Assembly (NCBI GenBank): GCA_965207885.1
Contig: OZ242311.1
Span: 1,152,001-1,216,000 of the forward strand
DNA length: 64,000 nt
Direction: 5' to 3'
Source of the DNA: Candidatus Latescibacterota bacterium
GTDB lineage: Bacteria; Latescibacterota; UBA2968
Shown here in pieces: positions 46,896 through 57,300 of this stretch (position 1 is its first letter; the number at the start of each line of letters is the position of its first letter). Made by a program: the position numbers and the translations under genes. The notes below the pieces were generated by a model. That model worked only from the letters and a program-made list of their open reading frames with translations, was not told the DNA's origin and made no database searches.

Positions 46896-48364
46896 ATGAC
46901 ACAACGCCCAAACATCCTCTTCTGCATTGCCGACGATCAATCCTGGCCCCACGCCAGTGCTTATGGCTGCCCCTGGGTCAACACCCCGGCATTTGACCGC
47001 GTCGCACGCGAAGGCATTCTCTTTAACAACGCCTTCACACCCAATGCCAAATGCGCCCCATCCAGAGCCGCCATCCTCACCGGTCGCTATTCCTGGCAAC
47101 TTCAAGAAGCCTGCAACCACCTCTGCTTTTTCCCATCGGACTACGTCACCTATCCCGAACTTTTCAAAGACGCCGGATACGCCACGGGATTCACCGGCAA
47201 AAGCTGGGCACCGGGAGAACCGGGAACTTATCCAGATGGCTCACCGCGCAAACTCGTTGGCCCCGAACACAACGACCTCAAACTCAATCCCCCCACAAAA
47301 AGCATTGCCAATATAGACTACGCCGCCAATTTCGTGGCTTTTCTCAATGCCAAACCCGACGACCGGCCCTTCTGCTTCTGGTATGGCGGCAAAGAACCCC
47401 ACCGCGGCTACGAATACGGCTCTGGCGTGCGCCTCGGGGGAAAATCCCTCTCTGACATCGACGAAGTACCTCCCTGCTGGCCGGCAACCGAAGACGTCAA
47501 AAACGACATGCTCGACTACGCCTTTGAAATCGAATGGTTCGACAAACACCTGGGTCAAATCCTCGACATCCTCGAAGAACGCGGCGAACTCGACAACACC
47601 CTCATCATGGTCACCTCAGACAATGGCATGCCCTTTCCGCGCATGAAAGGCCAACTCTACGAAATAGCTTACCACATGCCACTGGCCGTCATGTGGAAAG
47701 ACGCGATCGAACCGGACCGAATAGTTGACGATCTCATCAACTTCGTTGACTTTGCCCCCACCTTCCTCGAAGCTGCGGGCATCAGCATCCATCCTCAAAA
47801 CACTGGCAAAAGCCTCATGCCCATCTTCAAATCCAGCAAATCGGGCATCATCGACCCGGAGCGCACCGTCCTCATCTCGGGCAAAGAACGCCACGACATC
47901 TGCCGTCCCGGCACCGTGGGCTATCCCATCCGCGGCATCCGAGATCACCACCACCTCTACCTGCGAAATTTTGAACCTGACCGCTGGCCAGCCGGCAACC
48001 CCGAAGTCTATTACCGCAACATCGACGACTCACCCACCAAAACGCGCGTCGTCGAAGAAAAAGAACAGGGCAATGAGACCTACTGGCAACTCTGCATGGG
48101 CAAACGCCCCAAAGAAGAACTCTACGATATCCAGACCGATCCCCACTGCATCACCAACCTCGCCGAAAGCGCCGACCACCAGACCATCAAAACGCACTCT
48201 GGCAAAAACTTCGGAAGACCCTCAAACAACACGGCGACCCCCGCATAGAAGGCCGCGGTCACATCTTTGACGAATACCCCGTCACCAATCCAGAACAGGA
48301 ACAAAGAGTCAAAGAACGGTTCCGCATCGCCAGAGAAACGGGTATCTTATTTAAAAGCAATTGA
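46896..48364 (+). pseudogene. Sulfatase with a frameshift near the C-terminus (about 48190)
   Basis: CAPSRAAILTGR motif. The expected tail LWQKLRKTLKQHGDPR...FDEYP continues in another frame after an A4 run, to TGA 48364. Confidence 0.75.
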
Positions 48365-48417
48365 CAAATCGCCTGATACTCGACCTACGGATATAAATTC
48401 ACTTGAGGAGAATTGAT

Positions 48418-49197
48418 ATGGACCTTGGATTAAAAGGAAAAGTTGCGGTTATTACGGGCGGCAGCGAGGGAATCGGCAGAGGAATCGCATCGCGGTTCCT
48501 GGAAGAGGGAGCGAAGGTCGCGATTTGTGCGCGACGCGATGATGTCTTGCAGCAGGCAGCAGAGGAACTTCGTGCCTCAACTGGTGATGTCCTCGCTGTC
48601 CCTGCTGACGTGACCAAACCGGAAACGCTAACGAGCTTCATCAACAGAGTAGTCCAGCATTTCGGACGGATTGACATCCTGGTCAACAACGCTGGCCGGT
48701 CTGCCGCGAGCGCCTTCGATGATCTGGACGACGATGATTGGCATGCCGATTTAGATCTGAAACTGATGGGGGCTGTACGTTGCGTGCGTCTGGTCATTCC
48801 TCAGATGAAACTCGGCGGCGGCGGACGGATTATCAACGTCACGCATCCGGGGGGCAAACAGCCTGGCGCAGCTTCTTATCCAACCTCTGTGAGCCGCGCA
48901 GCGGGAATAGCGATGACCAAAGCGCTATCCAAGGAACTATTGCCGCACAATATCCTCGTAAACACCGTCTGCTTGACTTCTATCAAGAGCGCGCAGGGAG
49001 AACGCGCCTGGAAAGCGGAAGGCTCCCCCGGCACTTTAGAAGATTACTGGACTGAGCTGGCTGAAGAGCATCCGCTGGGACGTTTAGGTGAGCCCTCTGA
49101 TGCTGGCGCGCTCGTCGCCTTTCTCGCTTCGGAATGCGCTTCTTTCATCACCGGCACGGCGATTAACCTCGATGGCGGATTGTCCAACGTAGTATAG
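48418..49197 (+). CDS. SDR family oxidoreductase
   Basis: TGGSEGIG, VNNAG and FITGTAINLDGG; YxxxK motif is atypical. Confidence 0.88.
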   Translation: MDLGLKGKVAVITGGSEGIGRGIASRFLEEGAKVAICARRDDVLQQAAEELRASTGDVLAVPADVTKPETLTSFINRVVQHFGRIDILVNNAGRSAASAFDDLDDDDWHADLDLKLMGAVRCVRLVIPQMKLGGGGRIINVTHPGGKQPGAASYPTSVSRAAGIAMTKALSKELLPHNILVNTVCLTSIKSAQGERAWKAEGSPGTLEDYWTELAEEHPLGRLGEPSDAGALVAFLASECASFITGTAINLDGGLSNVV

Positions 49198-49204
49198 ACG
49201 CGTC

Positions 49205-50005
49205 TCAATATCCTATGCTTCGCAAATACTCGCGGTTAGACTTTGCCGCTTTTGCCGGGGGTTTGGGCGGATACGGTCGGTCAAGCTCTACGGACACCCA
49301 CCCATCGTAGCCCACTTCTTCCAACTTCTCCAGCGCTGCCCGTGCGTCAAACCCCATATTCCCCGCGCCGAGTTCTGCGAATCGCGCCTCCTCATTAAAC
49401 TGCCCCGTGCGGTGATTCCAGGACGCGGGATCATTGGCATGCACATCCTTCAAATGCACATGCCCGATTCGATCTCGCAACACATCGCGTTCAAAAACCT
49501 GCATCGGATCGCTACCCGCCGCCAGCATGTGCCCCGTATCGTAGAGCAGCCACAAATCGGGCGCTGCCGTCATCAATCTCTCGGCATCCTCAACCGTCTC
49601 AATCAACGTCCGCATATGCGCGTGGTGAAAACCCTTCACATTGTGCGCCGTGCAATATGCCAGCACATCATCGAGCGAACGAGCCGCATTTTCAACATCT
49701 TCATCGCTCGGATCATCGCCCCCCCACATCGCGCGACGACACGACGGCACCTCTGCCGCATCATTACCCAACGCGATATTGTACCGAACCCGATCAAGCG
49801 GACTCGGTCCTCCCACATTGACCAGATGCAAACCATTCTTCCTCGCCAAATTGGCTTTAGCAACCAGATCATCGCCACTGTCGATCTTCAACCCCTCAAC
49901 CCCATCCCACCCCGCCTCAGCCACCTCTGCCAGCACCTTCTCGGGATTTTCGTGCTGCTCGCCCCGAAACTGAATCAAATGACAAGCCAGTCTAAATTTG
50001 CCCAT
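49205..50005 (-). CDS. Sugar-phosphate isomerase/epimerase (IolE-like TIM barrel)
   Basis: YDTGH, HVHLKD, ELGAG and GWVSVE. Confidence 0.85.
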   Translation of the reverse strand: MGKFRLACHLIQFRGEQHENPEKVLAEVAEAGWDGVEGLKIDSGDDLVAKANLARKNGLHLVNVGGPSPLDRVRYNIALGNDAAEVPSCRRAMWGGDDPSDEDVENAARSLDDVLAYCTAHNVKGFHHAHMRTLIETVEDAERLMTAAPDLWLLYDTGHMLAAGSDPMQVFERDVLRDRIGHVHLKDVHANDPASWNHRTGQFNEEARFAELGAGNMGFDARAALEKLEEVGYDGWVSVELDRPYPPKPPAKAAKSNREYLRSIGY

Positions 50006-50024
50006 ATTTGCGTCCTTTCTAAAA

Positions 50025-50130
50025 AGAAGTGAAAAGTAAGAAGGAAGAAGTGAGAAGGCCCCACCCAAAACCACCCTAAAGCTGGTGCCTTATCCTACTT
50101 CACACTTCATTCTTCACACTTCATTCTTCA
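50025..50130. repeat. Inverted pair of short heptamer-type tandem repeats
   Basis: GAAGTGA/AGAAGGA tract followed by a complementary CTTCACA/CTTCATT tract. Confidence 0.5.
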
Positions 50131-50759
50131 TCCACCGTCCGATGCCCGAAAGCATTCCACACACCAGCCAGATCGTGAACAGCCTTAAACATCGGATAAA
50201 GCGCATCCCACATCGCATCTCGCGCATTGAATGCGGCTTCCCTATCGCCCTCTGCGAATGCCTTCTTAAAAGCCGCAACCTGCTCGCGCTGCGTCTCTGC
50301 TGTCTGTTCTACGCGCGCAACAAAATCCTCCACAGACTGCAAGTGTTCATCTGCTCTCGCATCTGCATCAGCGCTCAAATCTGGCGTCTGATCATAAGAA
50401 GAAGAATTTGCAAAACGCGGCGGCTCCTTCTCCCCCTCTGCTGTCCAATAAGTATGCGTAGGCAAAATATGCGGTGTCACCGACAAATACATAATCACCT
50501 CATCATCGCCCACATTGCGCACCGTATGCGCCTCATCTGTCAGTGCAATACACATCTGCCCGGGACCCAACACCTCCCTGTGTCCTTCGATATCAAACTC
50601 CGCCTGCCCTTGTAAAATCAGAAAAATCTCGTGTCCCAAATCGTGCGTATGGCTCTGATTGAACTGCTCCACCTCCATCTTCAAAAACCGCGAACGAATT
50701 TGGGGTGTCACCAGCATATTGGTAATATCCCTGCGATAGTCAAAAACTTGAAATGGCAT
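50121..50759 (-). CDS. Cupin-domain protein
   Basis: HTHDLGHEIF...G and AHTVRN cupin motifs plus a helical C-terminus. Confidence 0.85.
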   Translation of the reverse strand: MPFQVFDYRRDITNMLVTPQIRSRFLKMEVEQFNQSHTHDLGHEIFLILQGQAEFDIEGHREVLGPGQMCIALTDEAHTVRNVGDDEVIMYLSVTPHILPTHTYWTAEGEKEPPRFANSSSYDQTPDLSADADARADEHLQSVEDFVARVEQTAETQREQVAAFKKAFAEGDREAAFNARDAMWDALYPMFKAVHDLAGVWNAFGHRTVDEE

Positions 50760-50823
50760 GATACCCTCCGTATATTAAAAGTTAGAAGAGAGAAGGAAGA
50801 AATCCACCAACAGAAAGAAATGC

Positions 50824-52770
50824 ATGAGCCTGCCCAATCCTGCGCCACAGCCTGACCCCGCGTCACACATCACCACCCGCGCCATTATCGTTGGCCTGAT
50901 CCTGACCCTTGTCATCTGCTATTTTGCTACAGACACCACCTATCGCCTTCGCGCATCTCGCGTATCTCTGGGCCACATGCCCATGTCATTGTGGCTCCCA
51001 TTCCTCCTCATCTTCCTCATCAATCCCCTGCTCAAAAAAATTCGGGAAAACTGGATGCTTCGCCCGCATGAATTGGGACTCATCCTCTGCATGGGATTTA
51101 TCGGCAGCGTTTTTCCCACCAAAAACGTCGCGGGACGCCTGATCGCCGTACTCGCCAGCCCCTATTACAAAGCCACCCCGGAAAACCGATGGGCGGAATT
51201 TACCCACGAACACATCCAACCCTGGGCTGTACCCAGCAATCGCGCGGGAGATATCTCTAATTTGTGGGAGGGATTGCCAGCGCATCTCTCCACACCCTAT
51301 CACGTCTGGGCTGTACCGCTCTTCTGGTGGTTCACATTTTTCTTCGCGCTATTCATCGCCTGTTTGTGCATCACCGTCATCTTGCGCAAACAATGGGTCG
51401 AACACGAACGCATCACCTTTCCCCTCGCGCAATTGCCCGTCCTGATGATTCAGGATACAGCGTCGGGACAAATCGGATTTTTAAAAAACAAATTATTCTG
51501 GACGGGATTTGGCATCGGATTATTCATCTTATCCTGGAATATCCTGCCCCTCTTCTGGCACAACCTCCCAATCATACCCATTGGTCCCACCTACCGCACC
51601 GCCATCTCATTTGGACACGACTTTCCCCCACTGCAAGTCAAATTCAACTTTGTCATGGCGGCCTTTGGATATCTCACCAACCTCGAAGTCCTCCTCTCCA
51701 TCTGGCTATTCCACGTACTCTCGCTCATCGAAATCGGCGCATTAAACCGCTTTGGCATCACAGTCGGCAGAGACTTTGGCAGCGGCCTATTGCTACAGCA
51801 AGTCGGCGGCTTCATTGCATTTGCCCTGTTTGGCCTCTTCATGGCGCGGCAGCATATTGGAACCGTCATCCGCGCACTCTGGCAACCGAATGCAGAAGAC
51901 AAAACCGAACTCCTGTCTTATCGCACGGCAGTGATCGGCCTGATCATCGCACTCATTTATGCCAGTGCCTATATGTACGCGCTGGGCATTTCCCTATTGG
52001 GCATAGCAGTACAACTCGGCCTGCTCTTGATCTACTTCATCGGCCTGGCCAAAATCGTCGCAGAAACCGGCCTCGTATATGTCGAAACCCCACTGCGAAC
52101 CCAGGAACTCGCCGCTGCCGCACTCGGCACAAATGTGCAAACCCCCGACCACGTCGGCATGGCCCTATCAGCCAACAGCGTGGAAAGCCACCGCGAATAC
52201 ATCCTCCCATCCCTCACACACACCGCCAAAATCCACGACGTATTTCGCTGGCCGCGCAATCGCATGGTCGCGGCCCTAATGCTCGCCTTTATCATCGGCT
52301 TTGCCGTCTCAATTATCTATACCCTCAACCTCTGTTACGGCGCAACCGGCGCCGCCAATATCCGCCACGTCTTTGTATTCGGCGGATACAGCCAGCGCAT
52401 GTTTGACCGCGTCGTCTCCTGGGCATCGGAACCGACCTCTTTTGGCCGCGTTGAATGGCAATTCCTGGCTGCGGGGGCGCTCGGCACCCTGTTTTTGAGC
52501 CTCATGCGCCTGCGCTTTGCGTGGTGGCCCCTCCATCCGGTGGGATTTACAGTGGGATATGTCTATCCCGTCAGAGTCACCGCCTTCACCGTCTTTCTCA
52601 TATGGGCATTCAAATCCATTGTATTGCGCATCGGCGGCATCCGGCTCTACCGCAATTTGCAACCCTTCTTCATCGGCCTCTTAATCGGATACACCCTCGG
52701 TGTCGGCCTTTCCACACTCGTAGATCACATCTACTTCCCCGGCAATGGCCACATGGTGCATTCGTGGTAA
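50824..52770 (+). CDS. DUF6785/DUF6784-type multi-pass membrane protein (putative transporter)
   Basis: LRKQWVEHERITFPL, AETG and WWPLHPVG motifs; many TM helices. Confidence 0.75.
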   Translation: MSLPNPAPQPDPASHITTRAIIVGLILTLVICYFATDTTYRLRASRVSLGHMPMSLWLPFLLIFLINPLLKKIRENWMLRPHELGLILCMGFIGSVFPTKNVAGRLIAVLASPYYKATPENRWAEFTHEHIQPWAVPSNRAGDISNLWEGLPAHLSTPYHVWAVPLFWWFTFFFALFIACLCITVILRKQWVEHERITFPLAQLPVLMIQDTASGQIGFLKNKLFWTGFGIGLFILSWNILPLFWHNLPIIPIGPTYRTAISFGHDFPPLQVKFNFVMAAFGYLTNLEVLLSIWLFHVLSLIEIGALNRFGITVGRDFGSGLLLQQVGGFIAFALFGLFMARQHIGTVIRALWQPNAEDKTELLSYRTAVIGLIIALIYASAYMYALGISLLGIAVQLGLLLIYFIGLAKIVAETGLVYVETPLRTQELAAAALGTNVQTPDHVGMALSANSVESHREYILPSLTHTAKIHDVFRWPRNRMVAALMLAFIIGFAVSIIYTLNLCYGATGAANIRHVFVFGGYSQRMFDRVVSWASEPTSFGRVEWQFLAAGALGTLFLSLMRLRFAWWPLHPVGFTVGYVYPVRVTAFTVFLIWAFKSIVLRIGGIRLYRNLQPFFIGLLIGYTLGVGLSTLVDHIYFPGNGHMVHSW

Positions 52771-52812
52771 GGCAAAAAGGATCGCCATCGCACGATGACA
52801 ACCCCTTTCAAA

Positions 52813-54321
52813 TCAAGACGGTTCTCGCAGAGCCTGTTCCCGGACAGTATTTACATACGGATGCCCCGTCTCCTCCAACCATCCCAAAATGCGGTCTCGC
52901 ATCGATGCGGCGCGCACGCGGTCTCGATACGCCAGGTTGTGTTCCTCATGGGGATCATCCGCCAGATTGTAAAGCTCGTCCAAATCGCGCACGTCACCGC
53001 TCAGAGGCTTCCAATTCAGCACAAACTTCCACGCTCCCTGCCTGAGCATCACACCGCGATTTATCAAATCCGTAAAAATTTCTTCCCGCGCGACATCGCG
53101 CTCGCCCTTCAAAACATCGCTTATACTTTCACCATCCACCCCCTCGGGCATATCAACACCCACCAGATCCAGTATCGTGGGCATCACATCCACACTGCTA
53201 TTCAAAGAAGTATTCACAGACCCCGCTTCAATGCGCCCGGGCCACCGCACCAAACACGGCACCTTCATCAACGTATCGTAGCCACAATACGGCAACTTGT
53301 ACACCATGCCAAACTGCCCCACCATATCGCCGTGATCCGACACAAACATCACAATCGTATTCTCCGCCTGACCATTGGCATCCAGCGCGTTGAGCACCCG
53401 CTCAATTTGTGCGTCGATATAACTCACATACCCCCAATAACGCCGGATATAGTCCCGTACCTCATCTCTCGACCAGACATCGCGCACATAAGTGCGATCG
53501 CGACCCGATTGAAAACGCGGCTTATCCTCCAATGGCGCATCGTAATTATCGGGCAGAGGCACATCGTCCAAATCGTACATTGAATCCCATGGCTCGGGCG
53601 GACAGACGGGCGCATGCGGTCCGTAAAAAGACAGCACAGCGCAAAATGGATTATCCCGATTGGCATTGAGAAACGACACCATCTCATCGGCAAAAAAGTG
53701 CGCCATGTGGTGATCCTCCCCCAACAAACTCACGTTGTGCTCCCGATCTGGGGCACTCGGCGCTGCATGGTGATTGCCCACGCGGGGCGAATTTTTAACC
53801 TCATCGGGCAAATCGGTCGTCTGCAAATACGCTTTGAAATGCTTCCAACCCCCAACCCAGTGATCAAATCCACTCCGGGGTTCATCCTCTCCCGTACCGC
53901 CTTCCACATCCACAAACTCAAAATCGCGCGTACTATCTACCCGCTTCCTGACCCAGCAATTGTCAAACGGACCGCGTTCCGCAATCCCGCGATACATCTG
54001 CCCCCCCAAATGCCACTTGCCAATCCACGCGGTTTGATAGCCCGCATCGCGAAATAGATTACCTATTGACGGCAACGCATCGTCCAGTTCCACATCGTTA
54101 ATCACCACCCCGTGGTTGTGCGAATAGCGCCCGGTCAAATACGTCGCCCGAGACGGCGTACACGCAAACGCCGCAATATAAAAATTGTCAAACCGCATGC
54201 CCTCGCGTGCCAGGCGGTCTTGCGCGGGTGTCTTAACAACCGAATTGCCATAACAACCGATAGTCGATACCGGTTGCTGATCCGTCATAATCAAAAGCAC
54301 ATTTGGACGATCACCGGACAT
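52813..54321 (-). CDS. Sulfatase
   Basis: PNVLLIMTDQ, CTPSRATYLTGR, GKWHL and SDHG. Confidence 0.92.
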   Translation of the reverse strand: MSGDRPNVLLIMTDQQPVSTIGCYGNSVVKTPAQDRLAREGMRFDNFYIAAFACTPSRATYLTGRYSHNHGVVINDVELDDALPSIGNLFRDAGYQTAWIGKWHLGGQMYRGIAERGPFDNCWVRKRVDSTRDFEFVDVEGGTGEDEPRSGFDHWVGGWKHFKAYLQTTDLPDEVKNSPRVGNHHAAPSAPDREHNVSLLGEDHHMAHFFADEMVSFLNANRDNPFCAVLSFYGPHAPVCPPEPWDSMYDLDDVPLPDNYDAPLEDKPRFQSGRDRTYVRDVWSRDEVRDYIRRYWGYVSYIDAQIERVLNALDANGQAENTIVMFVSDHGDMVGQFGMVYKLPYCGYDTLMKVPCLVRWPGRIEAGSVNTSLNSSVDVMPTILDLVGVDMPEGVDGESISDVLKGERDVAREEIFTDLINRGVMLRQGAWKFVLNWKPLSGDVRDLDELYNLADDPHEEHNLAYRDRVRAASMRDRILGWLEETGHPYVNTVREQALREPS

Positions 54322-54335
54322 TGTAATCCCCCTCT

Positions 54336-55406
54336 CTACACCAAAAACTTCAGGCAAACGGGCATGGGCACTTCCGCGACATGCCCGGTCTCTGTCAACT
54401 TCCCGGTCTCTCGGTCAATGGCAAAAGAAACAATTGTATCGCTGCTTTGATTCTCCGCCAGCAAGAAATTGCCATCGGGCGAAAGCGCGATATTGCGAGG
54501 CGTTTCTCCGCCAGTGGAGTGAATATCGACCGGCGTCAAGTGACCGCTGGACTCGTCAACCGCAAAAATGGCGACACTATCGTGACCGCGATTTGATCCG
54601 TACACAAACAGACCATCGGATGAAACGTGAACATCCGCCGTATGGCTCGTCTCTGAAAAATCCCCGGGCAATGTGGCAATAGACTGCAACTCGGTCAACG
54701 CACCCGTCTCTGCATCATAGGCGTACGCATTGACCGTATTGCCGATTTCATTGATCAGATAGGCGTATTGTCCCCCCGGGTGAAAAGCAAAATGGCGCGG
54801 TCCCTCACCGGGCGCCACATAGACGGATGGCGGATCATTCGCAATGAGTTTGCCGTTTTCGAGATCAAGCTCAAAAATCAACACCTTGTCCAAACCGAGA
54901 TCGGCGACATAAACCCGTTTGTTATCCGGCGAAATATTCGCAGAATGGGCGTGGGGACCTTGCTGCCGTTGCGGATTGACACTACTGCCCTCGTGCTGAA
55001 TAAAATCCGACGCTTCGCCCAACGCACCATCTTCCCCAATGGGCAACATACAGGTGCTACCCCCACCGTAATTTGCCACTACAGCATAGCGACCCGTCGC
55101 ATCGATATTCAAATGACAGGGACCAGTGCCTACTGTCGATTGCCGGTTGATAAACGCGAGATCTGCGGCTTCTGCATCAATGGCATAAGCGCTAATCGCC
55201 CCTGCGCTCTCGCCATTGTATTCACTGATCTCATTGACCGCATAGAGAAACCGCCCATTGGGATGAATGGCGAGAAATGTCGGATTCTCACTCTCGATGC
55301 TATTAGCCGGAGTGAGTTCACCCGTCTCAGTATTGAATCGGTGAACGTAAATACCCTTGCTGCCGGTGCGAGTATAGGTACCAATAAAAGCGATGATATT
55401 GCTCAT
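54336..55406 (-). CDS. pgl: 6-phosphogluconolactonase (beta-propeller lactonase)
   Basis: GTYT, ANYGGG, PHAH, DLGLD, GPRH and SNRGHDS. Confidence 0.88.
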   Translation of the reverse strand: MSNIIAFIGTYTRTGSKGIYVHRFNTETGELTPANSIESENPTFLAIHPNGRFLYAVNEISEYNGESAGAISAYAIDAEAADLAFINRQSTVGTGPCHLNIDATGRYAVVANYGGGSTCMLPIGEDGALGEASDFIQHEGSSVNPQRQQGPHAHSANISPDNKRVYVADLGLDKVLIFELDLENGKLIANDPPSVYVAPGEGPRHFAFHPGGQYAYLINEIGNTVNAYAYDAETGALTELQSIATLPGDFSETSHTADVHVSSDGLFVYGSNRGHDSVAIFAVDESSGHLTPVDIHSTGGETPRNIALSPDGNFLLAENQSSDTIVSFAIDRETGKLTETGHVAEVPMPVCLKFLV

Positions 55407-55418
55407 GGAAAATCTCCT

Positions 55419-56513
55419 TTAATTACTCAAAATATCGACGACCATATCGCCAAAATCACTGGTCGAAAGAACATTCTTGGGATCGGTTATTTCCGAAGCG
55501 AGTTCAGAAGTGGCATATCCTCTTTCGAGAATATCGAACATAGCGTTCCACAAAGCGTCTGACTCCTCTTTGAGACCCAGACATTTATCCAGCAAAAATG
55601 CAATACTGCCAATCATCGAATAGGGATTGGCGATATTTTGACCCGCAATATCGGGTGCCGAGCCGTGCGCCGGTTCCACATAGCCCTTTTCGGGTCCCAT
55701 ACACGCCGAAGGCATCAAACCGAGAGAACCGAGCAAACCACCCGCCTGATCGGTCAGAATATCGCCCTGCATATTTTCCAAAAGCATAACCCCGTTGAAT
55801 TGCGTGGGATCTCTGACGAGTTGAAAAGCCGCATTATCGACGATAATCGACACGTATTCGACATCGTCGTATTCTTTTGCCATATCTTCGATAATCGCAT
55901 CCCAAAGCCGGGATGTAGCCAGCACATTGGATTTGTGGACATGGGTCATCTTAGCACCGAGACGTCGGGCTTCGTCAAACGCAACCGTTCCAATCGCGCG
56001 CACCTGCTCTTCGGTATAAATACAATCGTCGCGCGCGTATTTCATACCCGTAGCGGTACCTTCTTCTTTCTCCCCAAAATAAATACCACCCACAAGTTCC
56101 CGAATCATGAGAATATCAATACCCTCTCCAATAACGCTATCGCGCAAAGGAGAAAATGACGCGAGAGATTTAGGCAACCTGACCGGGCGATAATTGGCAT
56201 ACGTATTAAAACGCTTTCGCAAAGGCAGAATAGCACCGAGTTCCGGACGCAACTCCTGTGGAATTTTCTTCGTCTCTTCAATGGAAAGCCCCACCGGACC
56301 TTTGATAATCGCGTCTGCCCGATCACACAGGGCTTTTGTCTCATCGGGAAACGGACTACCCTCGTCAAAATACGACGCCGCACCAAAAGGCGCGTATTCC
56401 AGCACAAACTCGTGATCGAACTTTTTTTCAATCGTGCGAAGAGCTTTAATCCCTTCGCGCATAATCTCTGGCCCAATGCCGTCGCCTTCAAGCACGGCGA
56501 GGGTCTTTTTCAT
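55419..56513 (-). CDS. leuB: 3-isopropylmalate dehydrogenase
   Basis: GDGIGPE, RPE, RELVGGIYFG, KSNVL, GSLGLMPSA and EPAHGSAPDIAG. Confidence 0.88.
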   Translation of the reverse strand: MKKTLAVLEGDGIGPEIMREGIKALRTIEKKFDHEFVLEYAPFGAASYFDEGSPFPDETKALCDRADAIIKGPVGLSIEETKKIPQELRPELGAILPLRKRFNTYANYRPVRLPKSLASFSPLRDSVIGEGIDILMIRELVGGIYFGEKEEGTATGMKYARDDCIYTEEQVRAIGTVAFDEARRLGAKMTHVHKSNVLATSRLWDAIIEDMAKEYDDVEYVSIIVDNAAFQLVRDPTQFNGVMLLENMQGDILTDQAGGLLGSLGLMPSACMGPEKGYVEPAHGSAPDIAGQNIANPYSMIGSIAFLLDKCLGLKEESDALWNAMFDILERGYATSELASEITDPKNVLSTSDFGDMVVDILSN

Positions 56514-56556
56514 GGCAAACCTTTCTGTTGAATTAAAAACTAAGAATTGGTGGCCT

Positions 56557-57300
56557 TCACACTTCACAGGCCGCCCCTCTATCTAAAATAAACGTACAAT
56601 CCGAATGTGTCTGTAAAAAACTCGCCGGGCAAGATGGATGAGGGATACCTTGAACAGTGCGGGCAATCGCTTTCGCCTTATCCGTACCTGTCGCCAGAAG
56701 AAGAATACGCCTCGCCTCGCAAATCGTGGCAATCCCCGCGGTGAGTGCCTGTTTGGGCACATCTTCAACGCGCTCGAAAAAGCGACTATTCGCCGCAATC
56801 GTACTCTCGGTCAAATCGACCAGACGGGTGCGAGAATCGGGCGCACTCCCGGGCTCGTTAAAAGCAATATGTCCATTGCGACCAATGCCGAGCAACCACA
56901 GATCCACACCGCCACATGCCCGTATTCTGGCCTCAAAAGCCTCGCACTCAAGATCGGCATCCACTCCCCTGCCATTGGGCACATGCGTATTCCACAGTTG
57001 AATATCAGTACCGTCAAAAAACGTGCGATTCATAAAATAGCGATAACTCTGCGGATGCGAGCCATCAAGCCCCCAGTACTCATCGAGATTAAAGGTCGTC
57101 AGACGCGAAAAACTCAGCCCCTCCCGATTTGCCCGCACGAGTTCGGCATACGTCCTCACCGGCGTTGACCCCGTCGCCAAACCGAGCACAGCATCTGGCT
57201 TCTGGCGAATAAGCGCGGCAATTTCCGATGCAGCGGCGCGGGCCACATCATCGGGCGTATCGCAAATTTTTACTTGAATAGGCATAGAATCAGAAATCAC
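56557..57300 (-). CDS. nagB: Glucosamine-6-phosphate deaminase
   Basis: GLATGSTP, FNLDEY, HPQSY and GHIAFNEPGS. Start may be MPIQ. Confidence 0.93.
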   Translation of the reverse strand: MISDSMPIQVKICDTPDDVARAAASEIAALIRQKPDAVLGLATGSTPVRTYAELVRANREGLSFSRLTTFNLDEYWGLDGSHPQSYRYFMNRTFFDGTDIQLWNTHVPNGRGVDADLECEAFEARIRACGGVDLWLLGIGRNGHIAFNEPGSAPDSRTRLVDLTESTIAANSRFFERVEDVPKQALTAGIATICEARRILLLATGTDKAKAIARTVQGIPHPSCPASFLQTHSDCTFILDRGAACEV

